A model generated the notes under the pieces. It was given only the letters and a program-made list of their open reading frames with translations, made no database searches and had not been told where the DNA came from. A program made the position numbers and the translations under genes. From Naegleria gruberi (Eukaryota): a stretch of DNA of 64,000 nt. Positions 60,903 to 64,000 of the stretch are shown here, piece after piece (positions within the stretch are counted from its first letter, which is position 1; every line of letters begins with the position of its first letter). The stretch lies in assembly GCA_000004985.1 (NCBI GenBank), contig GG738853.1. The stretch is one strand, 5' to 3'.

Positions 60903-62504
60903 ATGCAACAAGTTAATTCATCATTAACAATGAAGTTAATTACGTTCATTGCCATATTTTTAATGATCATTAACATGGCAACATGTGTATCATTAAATAA
61001 TCATCATCCTGTCACTTCTCATGTCAATAATGACATTAATTATCATCAAGTAATTTTTGACTATATGAAAGATCGTTCTAATGAAAATTTTAAATATCAA
61101 CTTTTAAATTCGGTTGACATTCCAAACACTGCTAAATTTTATGTATTTAACATGACAAGTGTCAAATGGTTAACTAACAAGGAAGTGTCACGTAGTGAGT
61201 GGTATCATTTTGTTGAAATTGTTGTTCCCTATCAAATAACTCAAACTAAACAAGCACTCATGTTAATTGCAGGTGGATCATCAAATTCACAAGTTCCAAC
61301 ACTTGACAAGGAATTAATTCAAATGGGTGTTTTAACAAAATCAATTGTTTGTACCATTCATCAAATTCCAAATCAACCACTCACTTTCTTATCAGATCCA
61401 GAAAAGAAGAGTCGAGTTGAAGATGCAATTTTAGCATTTGCTTGGGCAAGATTTATGAATTTAACACAGGAAAATGATGAATTGAAAAGTAATACTGAAT
61501 GGATTCCAAGACTTCCAATGGTCAAGTCAACTCTATTTGCTATGGATTTAGTTCAAGAATATTTATTGAAAAATCTTAATATTAAGGTTGAAGATTTTCA
61601 TGTTGCTGGTGCTTCAAAGAGAGGTTGGACGACAAATCTTGTTGGTGTTGTTGATCAGAGAGTTAAGAGTATTATTCCTATTGTTATTCCAATTTGGAAA
61701 ACAAGAGAAGTATTGGGTATGTTTTTTTTTCTTTTTATTGAACTAGTTGTATATTGAACTATGAAATTCTTATTGACTGGATTGTAACTTATTGTAACTT
61801 ATTGTAAAAATATAGAACATACATATAATTCACTTTGTTTTTGGCCTGAAGCAATGGGTGATTATGTAAGGGAAGGAATTATCAATCGATTGAATTCAAA
61901 GGAATTTAAATTATTAGCAGATGTTATTGATCCATTCGAATATAATGATATTCTTGCTGGTAAATTTAAATATTTTGTTAATGCAGTTGGTGATCAATTC
62001 TTTGTACCTGAATTGAGTCAATTCTCCTATCCATTTATTAAGGGAAGTGATGAACGTAAACATTTGAGATATATTCCAAATGCAGATCACTCAATGGCTG
62101 GTTCTGATGCTGAACTTACAATTTTGGCCTATTACTATTGTTTAATTAACAATATTTCACTTCCAATTTATAATTTCAATTTGAAATCTGATTCATTATT
62201 GACTGTCAATATTGTAAAGAATATTTTACCAATTAAGAGTATTTTATTATGGGAAGCTTTTGCTCCAAATAGAGATTTTAGACAACAAACTATTGGAAAT
62301 GTTTGGAAATCAAGAGATATTTCTACTAATTACAATGCTCAAACTTGTCAAATTAGTGTTAATTTAAATAATCCACCAAGTGGTCAATTTTATGCTGCAT
62401 TTGTTGAATTGACATTTGATCTTGGAGGTGCTATCTATCTCAAATTCACAACTTCAGTTTATATTCTTCCAAATGTTTTACCATGTCATTATAGTGACAT
62501 TTAG
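60903..62504 (+). CDS. PhoPQ-activated pathogenicity-related (PqaA) family protein with signal peptide, two exons: 60903..61716 and 61816..62504
   Basis: ATG at 60903. The N-terminus is hydrophobic (LITFIAIFLMIINMATCVSL). The family motif ...VAGASKRGWTTNLVGVVDQRVKSIIPIV... is present. Exon 1 ends phase 1 at a GTATGT donor (61717). The acceptor is TATAG at 61815, with an alternative in-phase acceptor GAAG at 61851. Exon 2 is in frame with track ORF 61854..62504. Confidence 0.7.
61717..61815 (+). other. intron (99 nt, GTATGT...TAG) with an alternative in-phase acceptor 36 nt downstream (61851)
   Basis: Reading through gives a stop after MFFFLFIELVVY. The intron contains a tandem attgtaactt duplication. 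Confidence 0.55.
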
Positions 62505-62682
62505 TTTGGAATAGAATATGGATTTAGTATGAATGAGATATTCCAATAAAAAAGTATTTCATTGATTTCAATTGTAGTATGCTTTGTGCTTTGAGAATTT
62601 TCACTTATACTAACTCGAATTCCATCTTTAAATATTTAAATATTAATATTGTTGAATATTTAAAAAGTTTTACAAAAAAAAA

Positions 62683-64000
62683 ATGATGAAAAAGGCCATC
62701 AAACAATTTTCCTGTAATATTCATAACAATAACAACAACAAAACTAGAAAGGAAGCACTCTCCATCCTCTCTAGAAAACACAATTATTTAAATAATAATC
62801 AACAAAGAAATACATCTTTCGGACAAGAACAAATTAAATGTTTTTCATCAAGCCTTTTATCTTTAACATCATCTAATAGTAATACAACAACATCAACAAC
62901 AGCAACAACTCAAGCAAGTTCTAAATTTCCAACTCGTCCAGTTCCTGCCGTATCTGTTACTCTATTAAAATTAATAACAAGAGGTTCCGAAGTGGATGGA
63001 TTTAAAGTTTTAATGATTAGGAGAGGAAAGGCTCCTGGAAAGGATTTGTTGGCTCTTCCTGGTGGACATTTAAATCTCGGAGAACGAATGATTGAAGGAG
63101 CAAAGAGAGAATTGCAAGAGGAGACTGGAATTAATGCTGATTTAATTCATTTCACTAATGCTCCACTCTTAACTGTTGAATCAATTTATTATCATCAGGA
63201 GGGAGATGATGGGAATGAGACAACTTCTCACAATGAAGAGGAGGATATTAGAACTATGAAGATTTCAACAAAATCGAATGAAATTAATTTTAGAAAGGAA
63301 CTTGGTGAGGAGTTGACTAGAAGAAAGAGAGAAGGAGATGATTCTATTCAAATTCAATATCATTTCATTATTTCAAGTGTTTTGGGTATTGTTCCACCAG
63401 AATTAAATCATCAAATTGAAGGAGAACCTTCAGATGATGCTTCACAAATTCAATGGATTAAAATTATGAAAAATGGAAAGAGTAGAAATTCTGTGGAATT
63501 GGATGAAGAGGGATGTATTACTACTCACATGAGTGAATGGATGGATGAAAGAAATCATAGAGGATTGTGTGAAAAGTTAAAGACTATTTACACTATGCCA
63601 ATTGTTGTACGTCATGCTATTATGAGACTCATTTCTTGTTATCCAGAAATTCAATCGCAAGCTCTTGTTACACCAACAGATTTATCCCTCTTGTATCAAT
63701 TGAATGACATGATGGTATTCTATCCAATAAGAGATAAGGTTTTGGAATTTTGGTTCCAAGGTGACATGGCTCCTCAACAATGGTGGTTCAAGTCAAGTCC
63801 AACCATTGATCAAGGTATTAAGAAATTATTCGAATCTCATGTTGCTGCTCTTTCCAATAAGCTTGAACTTCTCTTTGAAAAGTCATTCGAAGAAATTGAT
63901 GCAGTTTTGAAGAAGCAATCTAAGGAAACCTTGTTATCTGCCATGATCATGTTGGATCAATTCCCAAGAAATATGTACAGAAATAGTGCAAAGAGTTTTG
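62683..64000 (+). CDS. Nudix hydrolase fused to a C-terminal DUF924-family domain (3' end truncated by window edge)
   Basis: ATG at 62683 (MMKKAIKQF...). The track does not list it because the ORF runs off the window. The N/S/T-rich N-terminus is presequence-like. It carries the Nudix box GGHLNLGERMIEGAKRELQEETGI. Then, in the same frame with no intervening stop, comes a region ending ...LSAMIMLDQFPRNMYRNSAKSF that matches the hallmark LDQFPRN motif of DUF924 proteins. Confidence 0.7.
   Translation, partial: MMKKAIKQFSCNIHNNNNNKTRKEALSILSRKHNYLNNNQQRNTSFGQEQIKCFSSSLLSLTSSNSNTTTSTTATTQASSKFPTRPVPAVSVTLLKLITRGSEVDGFKVLMIRRGKAPGKDLLALPGGHLNLGERMIEGAKRELQEETGINADLIHFTNAPLLTVESIYYHQEGDDGNETTSHNEEEDIRTMKISTKSNEINFRKELGEELTRRKREGDDSIQIQYHFIISSVLGIVPPELNHQIEGEPSDDASQIQWIKIMKNGKSRNSVELDEEGCITTHMSEWMDERNHRGLCEKLKTIYTMPIVVRHAIMRLISCYPEIQSQALVTPTDLSLLYQLNDMMVFYPIRDKVLEFWFQGDMAPQQWWFKSSPTIDQGIKKLFESHVAALSNKLELLFEKSFEEIDAVLKKQSKETLLSAMIMLDQFPRNMYRNSAKSF

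Noticed and set aside
1-64000. Prokaryotic operon, defence island or phage interpretation. The window contains WecB, RpiB, NADAR, Nudix and PqaA-type genes, which are all typical bacterial families.
   Set aside because: These genes are interleaved with unmistakably eukaryotic genes (histone H2AX, LST8, DIS3, HECT ligase, F-box/LRR, RCC1). Several genes need GT...AG spliceosomal introns, including the PqaA-like gene itself. Intergenic and leader sequence has amoebozoan-style AT-rich composition. I interpret them as eukaryotic genes of possible bacterial ancestry, not as a bacterial locus.
1-64000. CRISPR arrays, rRNA genes, transposons and long terminal or inverted repeats.
   Set aside because: I saw no regularly spaced direct repeats of 25-40 nt, no rDNA-like conserved blocks, and no reverse transcriptase, transposase or integrase ORFs. 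The only repeats are coding codon microsatellites (CAA, CAT, AAT) and a 10-nt tandem duplication inside the PqaA intron.

Overview
This 64-kb window is an AT-rich, gene-dense segment of a eukaryotic nuclear chromosome, not a prokaryotic or viral sequence. Gene content and sequence style fit a dictyostelid-type social amoeba (Amoebozoa). The evidence is N/Q/H homopolymer-rich proteins, several PhoPQ-activated (PqaA)-family homologues, a YakA-like DYRK kinase, and short AT-rich GTAAGT...TAG introns. I support about 32 protein-coding genes on both strands. Most are single-exon, including a 12.9-kb uninterrupted ORF. Five genes contain short spliceosomal introns (38-99 nt) that I reconstructed by hand; exon phases and donor/acceptor dinucleotides are consistent. 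The ORF track labels TTG and GTG codons as 'M', so I moved several starts to the first in-frame ATG. Products recognisable with confidence include histone H2AX, LST8 (TORC subunit), a DIS3/RRP44-family RNB exoribonuclease and a DYRK-family kinase. The others are a 4313-aa HECT E3 ligase, bacterial-type WecB UDP-GlcNAc 2-epimerase, RpiB, a NADAR (YbiA-like) protein, a PqaA-like protein and a Nudix-DUF924 fusion. I found no rRNA, tRNA, CRISPR array or recognisable transposon. The hunt results are bacterial-type genes embedded among core eukaryotic genes, several unusual domain fusions, an H2AX with long tail extensions, an N-terminal histone H3 tail mimic, and strongly G-depleted 5' leaders.
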